Below are positions 38,964-47,253 of a stretch of 64,000 nucleotides of DNA, piece after piece. Below the pieces are notes generated by a model. It searched no databases and was not told the origin of the DNA. It saw nothing but the letters and a program-made list of their open reading frames with translations. How positions within the stretch are numbered: the first letter of the stretch is position 1; every line of letters starts with the position of its first letter. The position numbers and the translations under genes are program-made. The DNA comes from Candidatus Moraniibacteriota bacterium (GTDB taxonomy: Bacteria > Patescibacteriota > Minisyncoccia > Moranbacterales > UBA1568), in NCBI GenBank assembly GCA_028711705.1, contig JAQTRS010000002.1:137617-201616 (forward strand), given 5' to 3'.

Positions 38964-39917
38964 TCATCCGTTTACCGCTGCCATACCAGCGGAAAGCTCG
39001 GCGATTTCCTGCGTCACTTTCGCCTGGCGGAGCTGATTGTACGAAAGCGTGAAATCGGCGACCATATCCTTGGCGGCATCGGTCGCATTACGCATCGCCA
39101 TCATTCTGGCGGCCTCCTGCGACGCATTGGATTCCAAAATGGCGTGATGGATCTGCATCTCGATCAACCGCGGGATAAGCATTTCCAATACCATCTCCGG
39201 TGTCGGCTCTATCTGATACTGCTTGCGAAGTTCCAAAACATCGGGTTGCCTCGGATGAGACTGCTTCGCAGGCGCATACACCGGCTCATGAGTATCCTCC
39301 ATCTCCCCGATTTCGTCCTGCAAAGCGCCTTGCGACAATGGGAGTAAGCGCCGCACATTCGTCTTCTGGACCATCGGCGAGACATAGTCCGTATAGATGA
39401 GCATCACCTTGTCATAGCACCCGCTCTCATATTCCTCCCGCACCAACCGCGCGATAGGACGGACGCCTGCCGCACGCACCTGTGTGAGCGCATCGGGAAA
39501 GGAGGCCTTGATGACACCCTGGCACTGGCGCAGCAGCTGATCGCCTTTCTTACCGATGGAGACGAAATCGATGTACTCCGGCTTCACGCCCCGCTCTCCG
39601 AATCTCGCCACTTCCTGCTTCACCTGACGGATGATCTGCGTATTGAATGAGCCGCACAAGCCGCGATTGGCAGTAATGACCACGAGCAAGACTCTTTTCA
39701 CCTCGCGTGCCCGGAACAATGTATAATCCTCATCCTTCATCGCTTGGGAAACCTTGGCCAGCACCTGAAGCGCACTTTGCGCATACGGACGGATGGCCAC
39801 CACCTGCGCCACGGCCTTGCGCATTTTGACGGCGGAAATCATCTCCATAGCCCGGGTGATCTTGCTCGTGCTCTTGATTCCTTTTATTCGTTGTTTGAGT
39901 TCTTTGGTTGACGGCAT
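38964..39917 (-). CDS. atpG: ATP synthase F1 gamma subunit
   Basis: ORF track; 317 aa; conserved N- and C-terminal helices (ITRAMEMISAVKMRKA; QEIAELSAG). Confidence 0.9.
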   Translation of the reverse strand: MPSTKELKQRIKGIKSTSKITRAMEMISAVKMRKAVAQVVAIRPYAQSALQVLAKVSQAMKDEDYTLFRAREVKRVLLVVITANRGLCGSFNTQIIRQVKQEVARFGERGVKPEYIDFVSIGKKGDQLLRQCQGVIKASFPDALTQVRAAGVRPIARLVREEYESGCYDKVMLIYTDYVSPMVQKTNVRRLLPLSQGALQDEIGEMEDTHEPVYAPAKQSHPRQPDVLELRKQYQIEPTPEMVLEMLIPRLIEMQIHHAILESNASQEAARMMAMRNATDAAKDMVADFTLSYNQLRQAKVTQEIAELSAGMAAVNG

Positions 39918-40025
39918 AACTATGAGAATTATGAATCAAGAATTTGGAATTAAGCGCTTTGTTCACAAAATCTTTCTTTATAGCAAGCTTGATTCTTTAT
40001 TCTTAATTCCTGATTCCATATATTT

Positions 40026-41522
40026 TTAAAACATTTTCTTAAACTCGGTGATGCTCTGCTGCAAAGTTTCTTCCACCTCCGGGGTCAAAACCTTTTCCTT
40101 GCGGATGGCTTCGATAACCGCCGAGCCTTCCGTTTCCAGATAGACATGGAATTTCTTTTCCCAATCGCCCAAAGCTTCCACTGCCACATCTTCAAGATAC
40201 CCTCGAGTCAAGGCATAGAGTAATGCCACTTCGTGTTCGACAGACAACGGCGCGTACTGCGACTGCTTCAAGACTTCGACGCCTCGCTTACCACGCTCGA
40301 TCTGTTGCTTGGTCTTTTCATCCAAATCCGAGCCGAACTGCGCGAACGCTTCGAGCTCACGGAATTGCGCGAGATCGAGACGGAGCTTGCCAGCCACTTG
40401 TTTCATCGCTTTGATCTGAGCATCACCACCCACGCGCGATACGGAAAGCCCGACATTGAGCGCTGGCCTGATACCCTTGTAAAACAGGTCCGATTCGAGG
40501 TAAATCTGACCGTCGGTGATGGAGATGACATTGGTCGGGATATACGCCGACACGTCACCTGCCTGAGTTTCGATAATCGGGAGCGCGGTCAAAGAACCGC
40601 CGCCGTTTTCGGCATTGAGTTTGGCGCTGCGCTCGAGCAATCGGGAATGCAGATAAAACACATCTCCAGGATACGCTTCGCGTCCCGGTGGGCGTCGCAG
40701 GATGAGCGAGATCTGACGATAGGCCGCGGCATGTTTGGACAGATCATCATAGACCACCAACACGTCCTTACCCCTGTCCATAAAGTACTCGCCCATCGCG
40801 CATCCGGCATACGGAGCGATGAATGACAGTGCAGCCGGATCGGATGCGCCTGCCACGACGATCGTTGTATATTCCATCGCACACTTTTCCTCGAGCTCGG
40901 CAACGATACGCGCGATCTTGGATTCCTTCTGCCCGATAGCGACATAGATGCAGATGACACCCTGCCCCGCCTGATTGAGGATGGTATCGATAGCGATAGC
41001 GGTCTTACCGGTCTGACGATCCCCGATAATAAGCTCGCGCTGTCCGCGTCCGATCGGTATGAGCGCGTCAATCGCCTTGATACCCGTCTGAAGCGGCTGA
41101 TGCACGGACTGCCTGGTGATTACGCCCGGAGCGATTTTTTCCACCGGATACAATGCACTCGTTGCGATGGCGCCCTTGCCATCGATCGGCGAGCCCAGTG
41201 CATTCGTTACGCGTCCAATAACCGCATCTCCCACCGGCACCGACAATATTTTTCCCGTCGCCTTGACGACATCGCCTTCCTTGATCGATCCCATCTGACT
41301 CAAAAGCATAATACCTGCCTGATCCTCCTCAAGGTTGAGCGCCACACCCAAGGATCCATCGGGAAATTCTACCATTTCAGAAGCTTTGACATTCGCAAGT
41401 CCAGAGGCGCGCACGACGCCATCCCCCACTTCCAAAACCGTCCCGATTTCCTCGCGCGTGGTTTCGGAGTGGAATCCTTCAATTTGTTTTTTCAATTCTT
41501 CGATAAGGTGATTATTGGACAT
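40026..41522 (-). CDS. atpA: ATP synthase F1 alpha subunit
   Basis: ORF track; Walker A GDRQTGKT; 498 aa. Confidence 0.96.
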   Translation of the reverse strand: MSNNHLIEELKKQIEGFHSETTREEIGTVLEVGDGVVRASGLANVKASEMVEFPDGSLGVALNLEEDQAGIMLLSQMGSIKEGDVVKATGKILSVPVGDAVIGRVTNALGSPIDGKGAIATSALYPVEKIAPGVITRQSVHQPLQTGIKAIDALIPIGRGQRELIIGDRQTGKTAIAIDTILNQAGQGVICIYVAIGQKESKIARIVAELEEKCAMEYTTIVVAGASDPAALSFIAPYAGCAMGEYFMDRGKDVLVVYDDLSKHAAAYRQISLILRRPPGREAYPGDVFYLHSRLLERSAKLNAENGGGSLTALPIIETQAGDVSAYIPTNVISITDGQIYLESDLFYKGIRPALNVGLSVSRVGGDAQIKAMKQVAGKLRLDLAQFRELEAFAQFGSDLDEKTKQQIERGKRGVEVLKQSQYAPLSVEHEVALLYALTRGYLEDVAVEALGDWEKKFHVYLETEGSAVIEAIRKEKVLTPEVEETLQQSITEFKKMF

Positions 41523-41699
41523 AGATGTAAGTATTAGGAATTAAGAGTTTAGAATCAAGCTTTCTTCTTTGTTGTGCTGGACTCGTTTCAGCATCCCCTC
41601 CTTTGTAAAACCGATTATATCTACTCGGGATCCTGAAACAAGTTCAGGATGACAGAAACACAATTTTTGCTTTATCTAGGATATTTTTCTCTTCAATTC

Positions 41700-41728
41700 T
41701 TGACAAATGACTGAGTATGGAGTACAAC
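41700..41728 (+). promoter_or_regulatory. sigma70 promoter TTGACAAAT-N-TACAAC for cassette A
   Basis: -35 41700-41705, 17-bp spacer, -10 41723-41728; sequence TTGACAAATgactgagtatggagTACAAC is paralogous to 42337..42365. Confidence 0.45.
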
Positions 41729-41768
41729 ACAAATTCGTACAATTTAGATTCCTTTCAAAATCTGAACC

Positions 41769-42032
41769 ATGCGAAGGCTTAACAATTTTTATTTTCAACC
41801 GATCGAGGAGATCGAAACGAACCACAAACTACAATTTAAAATGAGTCTGATAATTGCTGTGATTAGTCTAGTAATTACCATTGGATGGGTAATCCTTCAA
41901 CCTTTATTGGTATTATTCGGAGTAATAAGCCTCGAGCTCACTAATTCAATTGGGCTAATCCCGTCTGGTATCGGAATAATCACATTTGCAATTAGTATGA
42001 TGATTGCAGCAACTAGTGCCATGCCAAAATAA
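41769..42032 (+). CDS. small membrane protein (87 aa; possibly 63 aa from the ATG at 41841), cassette A
   Basis: ORF track; two TM helices. The leader gatcgaggagatcgaaACG is homologous to cassette B's gatcgaggagatcgaaATG (start codon replaced by ACG), so the true start is uncertain. Confidence 0.45.
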   Translation: MRRLNNFYFQPIEEIETNHKLQFKMSLIIAVISLVITIGWVILQPLLVLFGVISLELTNSIGLIPSGIGIITFAISMMIAATSAMPK

Positions 42033-42064
42033 AAAATGTAGTCTCGGTAATTTTCACCCCACAA

Positions 42065-42091
42065 TCAGGATTTGAAAATTCCAATCCCGAA
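42065..42091 (+). repeat. degenerate third copy of the 3' stem-loop (TCAGGATT..AATCCCGAA) after the 42032 stop
   Basis: Flanking TTTTCACCCcAcAaTC aligns with copy 2; stem has one A-C mismatch. Confidence 0.3.
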
Positions 42092-42114
42092 GCATGAGGT
42101 CAAAAAACATAACG

Positions 42115-42160
42115 CCTTCAGCCCCTATTGCAACAGCAATATACTGAAGGTTGTTTTTTT
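42115..42160 (+). terminator. rho-independent terminator CCTTCAG-N22-CTGAAGG + TTGTTTTTTT
   Basis: 7-bp stem plus T-run; a paralogous terminator is at 42784..42830. Confidence 0.6.
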
Positions 42161-42201
42161 ATTTCAAGGAACTTCTCATTGCTCGGCACACCTTTTTCTT
42201 T

Positions 42202-42268
42202 GTCATCCCGAGCGCAGTCGAGGAATCTTTTCCTATCGAGGAGATCCTTCGACTATGCTCAGGATGAC
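42202..42268 (+). repeat. structured element copy 1: outer stem GTCATCCCGAGC/GCTCAGGATGAC enclosing a conserved GAGGAATCTTTTC core
   Basis: Seen in sequence; copy 2 (42851..42917) has a completely different 16-bp perfect outer stem but the same core. Confidence 0.4.
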
Positions 42269-42336
42269 ACAACTATATGTCTTCTTGATGTATACGCTAT
42301 TTATTGCTTTATTAAGCGTATTTTTCTCAGATATAC

Positions 42337-42365
42337 TTGACAAATTGCCAAGTATGGAGTATACT
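42337..42365 (+). promoter_or_regulatory. sigma70 promoter TTGACAAAT-N-TATACT for cassette B
   Basis: -35 42337-42342, 17-bp spacer, -10 TATACT 42360-42365. Confidence 0.5.
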
Positions 42366-42445
42366 GCCCTTTCAGTGAGTTTTGTATTATCGAATGCTCA
42401 TCTGATAATTTAACAATTTTTCAATCACAGATCGAGGAGATCGAA

Positions 42446-42754
42446 ATGAACGCCACGAAAATCACAGAAGCATTATCAATAGCGACACTCGCCGTAACAC
42501 TAGGATCACTACCTCTGATGGATAACACTTTCGGACCAACCATGTCCGAAAGGATGCTACAGCTACTGCTGATTCTAGCATTAACCGCAATCGCAGTGCT
42601 AGCACTGGCATACAATGATGAATACGAATCCAAAGCATTTGCCATTGTGATGGTAATCCTAACAATAGGATTCTCGATAGTTCATTTAGTGTCTTGGTGG
42701 ATTCCATGTATAGTTACGCTCGCGGCAGTAAACCTGCTTTCGCGACATTTCTAA
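42446..42754 (+). CDS. small membrane protein (102 aa), cassette B
   Basis: ORF track; GAGGAG RBS 6 nt upstream; three TM helices. Confidence 0.55.
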   Translation: MNATKITEALSIATLAVTLGSLPLMDNTFGPTMSERMLQLLLILALTAIAVLALAYNDEYESKAFAIVMVILTIGFSIVHLVSWWIPCIVTLAAVNLLSRHF

Positions 42755-42783
42755 CACGAAACATCAGACGATAAAATGCCATG

Positions 42784-42830
42784 CCTTCAGTTATTACTGT
42801 AAACATACAACATACTGAAGGCTATTTTTT
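42784..42830 (+). terminator. rho-independent terminator CCTTCAG-N24-CTGAAGG + CTATTTTTT
   Basis: Paralog of 42115..42160. Confidence 0.6.
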
Positions 42831-42850
42831 ATTGCCAAAGAACTTTCTCC

Positions 42851-42917
42851 TTATCGTTCCGAGTTTATTGAGGAATCTTTTCTTGTAACGGGCTCCTCAG
42901 CAAACTCGGAACGATAA
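42851..42917 (+). repeat. structured element copy 2: outer stem TTATCGTTCCGAGTTT/AAACTCGGAACGATAA enclosing GAGGAATCTTTTC
   Basis: 16-bp perfect stem; core shared with 42202..42268; ends 17 nt before the atpH stop (convergent). Confidence 0.4.
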
Positions 42918-42933
42918 TGTCCACAACCTCATT

Positions 42934-43335
42934 TTATTTTAACAGTATTTTTCTTACATCTTTTATCTTTCCTGCCACCGATGCATCCACCAGATGATTG
43001 TCGGTTTTCATCACCGCGCCTCCGATAAGTGTACTATCAGACCGGGTATCGAGCGCCACTGACTCGCTTTCAAACATTTCCTTCGCGAATACTTCCAACT
43101 CTTTCATCAATTCCGCATTTGCAGGAAAAGCGGTCGTGACCGATACGCGCTTCATGCCTGTTTTCGCATCCTGCAATCGCTCCAACTTCTTGACGATACC
43201 GGATAGCTTCTTGAAGTCGCCTTTGCGTCTCAGGAATGCGAAGAAGTCCGCTGCAATCCTTGTCTGATCAACCGCAGACTTCTCTGCAGAGAGTGAAAGA
43301 AGGGCTTTTGCATATTGTGAGGCGGTCGTACGCAT
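42934..43335 (-). CDS. atpH: ATP synthase F1 delta subunit (OSCP)
   Basis: ORF track; 133 aa (short); position between atpF and atpA. Confidence 0.75.
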   Translation of the reverse strand: MRTTASQYAKALLSLSAEKSAVDQTRIAADFFAFLRRKGDFKKLSGIVKKLERLQDAKTGMKRVSVTTAFPANAELMKELEVFAKEMFESESVALDTRSDSTLIGGAVMKTDNHLVDASVAGKIKDVRKILLK

Positions 43336-43339
43336 GGGA

Positions 43340-43834
43340 TTATCCTAAAGATTTCAAATGTTTTTGGATGAGTTCGCTGTCCTTATGGGCATCGATCTTT
43401 TCCTGCAAAACTTTTTCCGTCGTCAAAACGACTAATTCCGCCAGCTGCGCCTTCGCATCACTCAATAATTTCGCTTTCTCTGATTCCATCTTCAGTTCTG
43501 ATTGCTTCATAAGACGATCCACGTCTTCCTTGGCTTGCTCGAGCATCTTCTCATAATTCTGTTTGCCCAATCTTTCCGCCTTTTCGAGTATTTTCTGCGC
43601 TTCTTTCTTGGCCTGTTCCAGCATTTCCCGTTCCTTCTGCTCCATCTCGCCGAGTTTCTTGTGCGCGGCATCGGCATCCGAGAGCCCCTTATCGATACGC
43701 TCCGTGCGCTCCGCAAGGAATGCTAACATCGGACGATACGCGAAACGGCGCAATATCCAAAACAGTATCGCGAAGTTTACGATCTGGGCGATGAAAAGCT
43801 TCCAATCGATGCCGAGTTTTGCAAGAATTTCCAT
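43340..43834 (-). CDS. atpF: ATP synthase Fo subunit b
   Basis: ORF track; N-terminal TM plus long charged coiled-coil. Confidence 0.85.
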   Translation of the reverse strand: MEILAKLGIDWKLFIAQIVNFAILFWILRRFAYRPMLAFLAERTERIDKGLSDADAAHKKLGEMEQKEREMLEQAKKEAQKILEKAERLGKQNYEKMLEQAKEDVDRLMKQSELKMESEKAKLLSDAKAQLAELVVLTTEKVLQEKIDAHKDSELIQKHLKSLG

Positions 43835-43845
43835 AGAAGCTTATA

Positions 43846-44118
<273 letters not shown>

Positions 44119-44216
44119 TTATCATGTTAATTATGTATCATCCCGAGCTCGGCGAGCGATTTCCTTTTCGGGAGATTCTTCGACAAGCTCGAAATGATAC
44201 TGCCTAACTCCCCGGA

Positions 44217-44960
44217 TCAATGCTCCGCTTCGAGTGTCGCCATCTTGATAAATACCAGCGAGAGAAGTGCGAACACCGCTGCCTGCACAAACCCCACGAA
44301 CACCTCGATAATCAGGAAGGGGATGGGCAAGGCATAGGGCACCAGATGCAGCATCACGATCAGAAGCACCTCGCCGGCGAACACATTTCCGAAAAGACGG
44401 AATGAAAACGAGATCATACGCGTCACTTCGCTGAGCAGCTCCAAAAGTCCCACGAAACTTCCCACAAGATACGGCTTATGGAAGGGGCTGACAAAAAACT
44501 TCCTCCCATATTTCGCCACGCCGATCGTCGCGATGCCAAGGAACTGCACCGAAAACACCACGATAAACGACAGCGCGATCGTCGTATTAAGATCAGCGGA
44601 ACCGCTCCGGATAAACGGGATGATGGAATGCTCTCCATGCGCAAGGCCGACCGTTCCCATACCCGGCAAAAGACCAATCCAATTGGAGAAGAGCACAAAA
44701 ATAAAGATAGTAGCGATAAGCGGGAAAACCGCGTGCGCCAACTTCTTATCCTGCATGATATCCAGAGTAAAACCCCATATCGCTTCAATCAGCGCCTCTG
44801 CTCCATTTTGGAGCCCGCGTGGCACCGGCTGCAGCCTTCCTTGGAGCGCAAACGCCGCCATCATCACCAATACGCTCACGATGAGGGTCATAATGAGCGT
44901 ATTGGTCACCGGGAAACCCCCGATGTGAAACAAACTTTCGGCTGCGATCGATACTTCCAT
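44217..44960 (-). CDS. atpB: ATP synthase Fo subunit a
   Basis: ORF track; 247 aa polytopic; conserved Arg in RLFGN. Confidence 0.9.
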   Translation of the reverse strand: MEVSIAAESLFHIGGFPVTNTLIMTLIVSVLVMMAAFALQGRLQPVPRGLQNGAEALIEAIWGFTLDIMQDKKLAHAVFPLIATIFIFVLFSNWIGLLPGMGTVGLAHGEHSIIPFIRSGSADLNTTIALSFIVVFSVQFLGIATIGVAKYGRKFFVSPFHKPYLVGSFVGLLELLSEVTRMISFSFRLFGNVFAGEVLLIVMLHLVPYALPIPFLIIEVFVGFVQAAVFALLSLVFIKMATLEAEH

Positions 44961-45097
44961 AAATGCGATACTTTTTTTTATCCTGCCATCATAACACGAA
45001 AATCGAGACGCTCAGACGTCAGGATATTCACATCAATTGTCGCTTATGCGCATAAAAAAGTCAAGAAAAAACCGAAAAACCACGCGAGGATACAAGC

Positions 45098-45125
45098 TTG
45101 CATTATTTTCCCCCTGTGGTATGCT
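45098..45125 (+). promoter_or_regulatory. sigma70-like promoter TTGCAT-N16-TATGCT upstream of tRNA-Glu
   Basis: Seen in sequence, 62 nt upstream of the tRNA 5' end. Confidence 0.4.
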
Positions 45126-45187
45126 ACACATATTCCTTGCACAGAGGTTTTATTTTTGTAGATTTTCGCAAGGAAATATCCGTTTTC

Positions 45188-45259
45188 GGTCCCATCGTCT
45201 AACGGTTAGGACAGCAGGTTTTCATCCTGTAAACCGGGGTTCGACTCCCCGTGGGATCA
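45188..45259 (+). tRNA. tRNA-Glu (anticodon UUC)
   Basis: Hand-folded cloverleaf: acceptor GGTCCCA/TGGGATC, D-stem GTCT/GGAC, anticodon stem GCAGG/CCTGT with loop TTTTCAT, T-stem CGGGG/CCCCG, T-loop TTCGACT. CCA not encoded. Confidence 0.85.
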
Positions 45260-45265
45260 CATAGT

Positions 45266-45295
45266 AAAAAGACGCTCTTAAGTGAGCGTCTTTTT
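45266..45295. terminator. bidirectional terminator AAAAA-GACGCTC-ttaagt-GAGCGTC-TTTTT
   Basis: 7-bp perfect stem with an A-run and a T-run; serves the tRNA (+) and the convergent 45323..45616 (-) gene. Confidence 0.65.
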
Positions 45296-45322
45296 CATGG
45301 CAAGATTTGCCTTCTGCGAAGC

Positions 45323-45616
45323 TTAGGCGATAGCGAAGCCATAGACCCCTGCGATGGTCTCGGCGATTCTTCGGGACGAATAGCCTTCCGGCAAATCCGA
45401 TGTCACCTCGAATTTCTTGATATCCCCGGTTGTGAGCTGATGCTTTTGCAGCATCGTGTCAATGGCGGGGAGCAGCTTCTCCAGCAGACTGTATCCGTCG
45501 CATACCAACACCCGCTCCACCGAAACGCCGCCTTTTTGCAGGCTCAAAAACACCTCGGCCTTCCCTGCTTCCAGTAACAATGACCATTGCTGCGTATCCA
45601 TAGGCGCTGTTCTCAT
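45323..45616 (-). CDS. short TsaB/YeaZ-like protein (97 aa; possibly truncated)
   Basis: ORF track; resembles only the N-terminal roughly 100 residues of TsaB; assignment tentative. Confidence 0.35.
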   Translation of the reverse strand: MRTAPMDTQQWSLLLEAGKAEVFLSLQKGGVSVERVLVCDGYSLLEKLLPAIDTMLQKHQLTTGDIKKFEVTSDLPEGYSSRRIAETIAGVYGFAIA

Positions 45617-45696
45617 TATTATATATACAATATCTGGGTTCCGATTGCCCTCTTTATGAATAGGAGGGATGACTTTCGTTCAGTCACCCCTCTATT

Positions 45697-46224
45697 TTAC
45701 ATCATAAATATGAATCCTTTCCCTTTATTAAGAAGATGCTCCAGGATGTCTCTCGTTATCGAAGACACCGGATGACAACTCCCCTGTTCATCACCGAACA
45801 TTTTCTCGATGATTATATTGCTCGCCTGCAAAAGAGATATCCAACAAAAGGCCTCTATTTCTTGATTAGCGATCATCTTTTTCCCGTCCTTGCACACGAC
45901 CTTGCACATATGAACTTCGACTGATTTCTTGGAAAAAGAGGCCTCTCCTCGAAAAATTTTCGGAGAAAAGGTTCCTTTTATCTCAAAAACGCCATTCTTC
46001 AGCTCTTTGTCAAGCTCCCTATGCAATGTATCTGTCAAGGATTCATTGCCATTGACTTTTCCACCCGGAAGGGTCCAACAGGAAGTCTTGGTTTCTTGAT
46101 CGTATTTAAGCACCAATAACAATCTATTATCCTGAGACTCGATACATATCGCATGGACCGCTATCTCATCCGCCATGCAATCTCTTTTCATACAACAAAT
46201 AGCACTCATATCAAAATCCCCCAC
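45697..46224 (-). CDS. Nudix hydrolase
   Basis: ORF track; Nudix box LPGGKVNGNESLTDTLHRELDKEL; start uncertain (MADEIAVH alternative at 46176); lower-GC stretch. Confidence 0.6.
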   Translation of the reverse strand: MGDFDMSAICCMKRDCMADEIAVHAICIESQDNRLLLVLKYDQETKTSCWTLPGGKVNGNESLTDTLHRELDKELKNGVFEIKGTFSPKIFRGEASFSKKSVEVHMCKVVCKDGKKMIANQEIEAFCWISLLQASNIIIEKMFGDEQGSCHPVSSITRDILEHLLNKGKGFIFMM

Positions 46225-46276
46225 AAAAAAGAACTGGGTCTATCGTACAAGATTGTTTGCTTCTTGTCAAGGAAAA

Positions 46277-47026
46277 TTACAGATTCTTCCAATCGAATCC
46301 CCAGGGGTCGGTCTTACGTCCGGGAGCGATATCATCATGGCCGAGAACATATTTGATGGCATACTGGTCCTTCAGGGAGGCAATAAGCAGCTTCAGGGCC
46401 GTATACTGCTCATCCGTATACTCGCCCGTCTTGGTATTGATAAGCTCTATGCCGATGGAAAAATCATTCACATCGGTCCGTCCGTCCGGCATCTTGCTCA
46501 CGCCCGCATGCCACGCAATATTCTCATCCTTGACCAGCCTATACACGATGCCATCCCGGCCGATAAGGTAGTGTGCGGAAACACCGTAACTCTTATAGAC
46601 ACCGATGATTCCCTCGACGGAATAGGGGTCATCCCCTACCGAATCATAGGAGGAGTGCAGGATGATCGTATCAATAGTTCGCGGCTTGCTCGGCACCGAA
46701 AATCCGAAACCGACCAGCTTGTTGCGGATATCCAATTTTGACGACGCTACGGATTTTTTTTGAGCATCCTCTTTCGGCGTTTCTTTTGTAAGAGTATCCT
46801 TTGTGTCCGTCGCCACATCCGTGTCCTGCATCTGATTCGCCTTAACATCCTCCGTTACGCCAGAAGAAGAAGACGGCGCCGTCTTCTGTGTTGCCAAGCG
46901 TTCCATCTGAGCCGCCATATCCGCCACAGTAGGCGCATAAACTTCCTGCATCCGCATCACAGAAAAACTCACTCCGCCAAGCAGTGCTATGATTATCCCG
47001 CCGATAAAGATATACTTCTTATTCAT
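46277..47026 (-). CDS. N-acetylmuramoyl-L-alanine amidase (Amidase_2/PGRP fold) with N-terminal TM
   Basis: ORF trimmed to MNKKYIF (ATG 47024-47026); the AWHAG..GIEL..H..D zinc-amidase pattern. Confidence 0.85.
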   Translation of the reverse strand: MNKKYIFIGGIIIALLGGVSFSVMRMQEVYAPTVADMAAQMERLATQKTAPSSSSGVTEDVKANQMQDTDVATDTKDTLTKETPKEDAQKKSVASSKLDIRNKLVGFGFSVPSKPRTIDTIILHSSYDSVGDDPYSVEGIIGVYKSYGVSAHYLIGRDGIVYRLVKDENIAWHAGVSKMPDGRTDVNDFSIGIELINTKTGEYTDEQYTALKLLIASLKDQYAIKYVLGHDDIAPGRKTDPWGFDWKNL

Positions 47027-47074
47027 ACTCTCAGTATACCACACCTCTCTCCTTCGTTCACTTGCCGGAAACAA

Positions 47075-47145
47075 AAATGGTGTCAGATATATTTTCAGGA
47101 CCGTTGGAGTACTCGAGAAGGTCCTGAAAATATATCTGACACCAT
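47075..47145. repeat. perfect 27-bp inverted repeat AATGGTGTCAGATATATTTTCAGGACC with a 17-bp loop gttggaGTACTCgagaa
   Basis: Seen in sequence, in the divergent region between the amidase gene (-) and the lamin-tail gene (+); loop core is shared with the hairpin at 38855..38924. Confidence 0.5.
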
Positions 47146-47253
47146 TGCCTCACTCCGTACAAACATTTTAAAAAAGTTTTATCTTTCTTTGAACTTTCCT
47201 TCATCAAAAATAGTTTACACTACTGACATAGCCTAAATCACTCAGCAACTCCT

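Noticed and set aside
42072-42413. 113-aa plus-strand ORF spanning the terminator and structured element between cassettes A and B
   Set aside because: It runs through a rho-independent terminator, the conserved hairpin element and the -35/-10 of the cassette B promoter. It is most likely non-coding.
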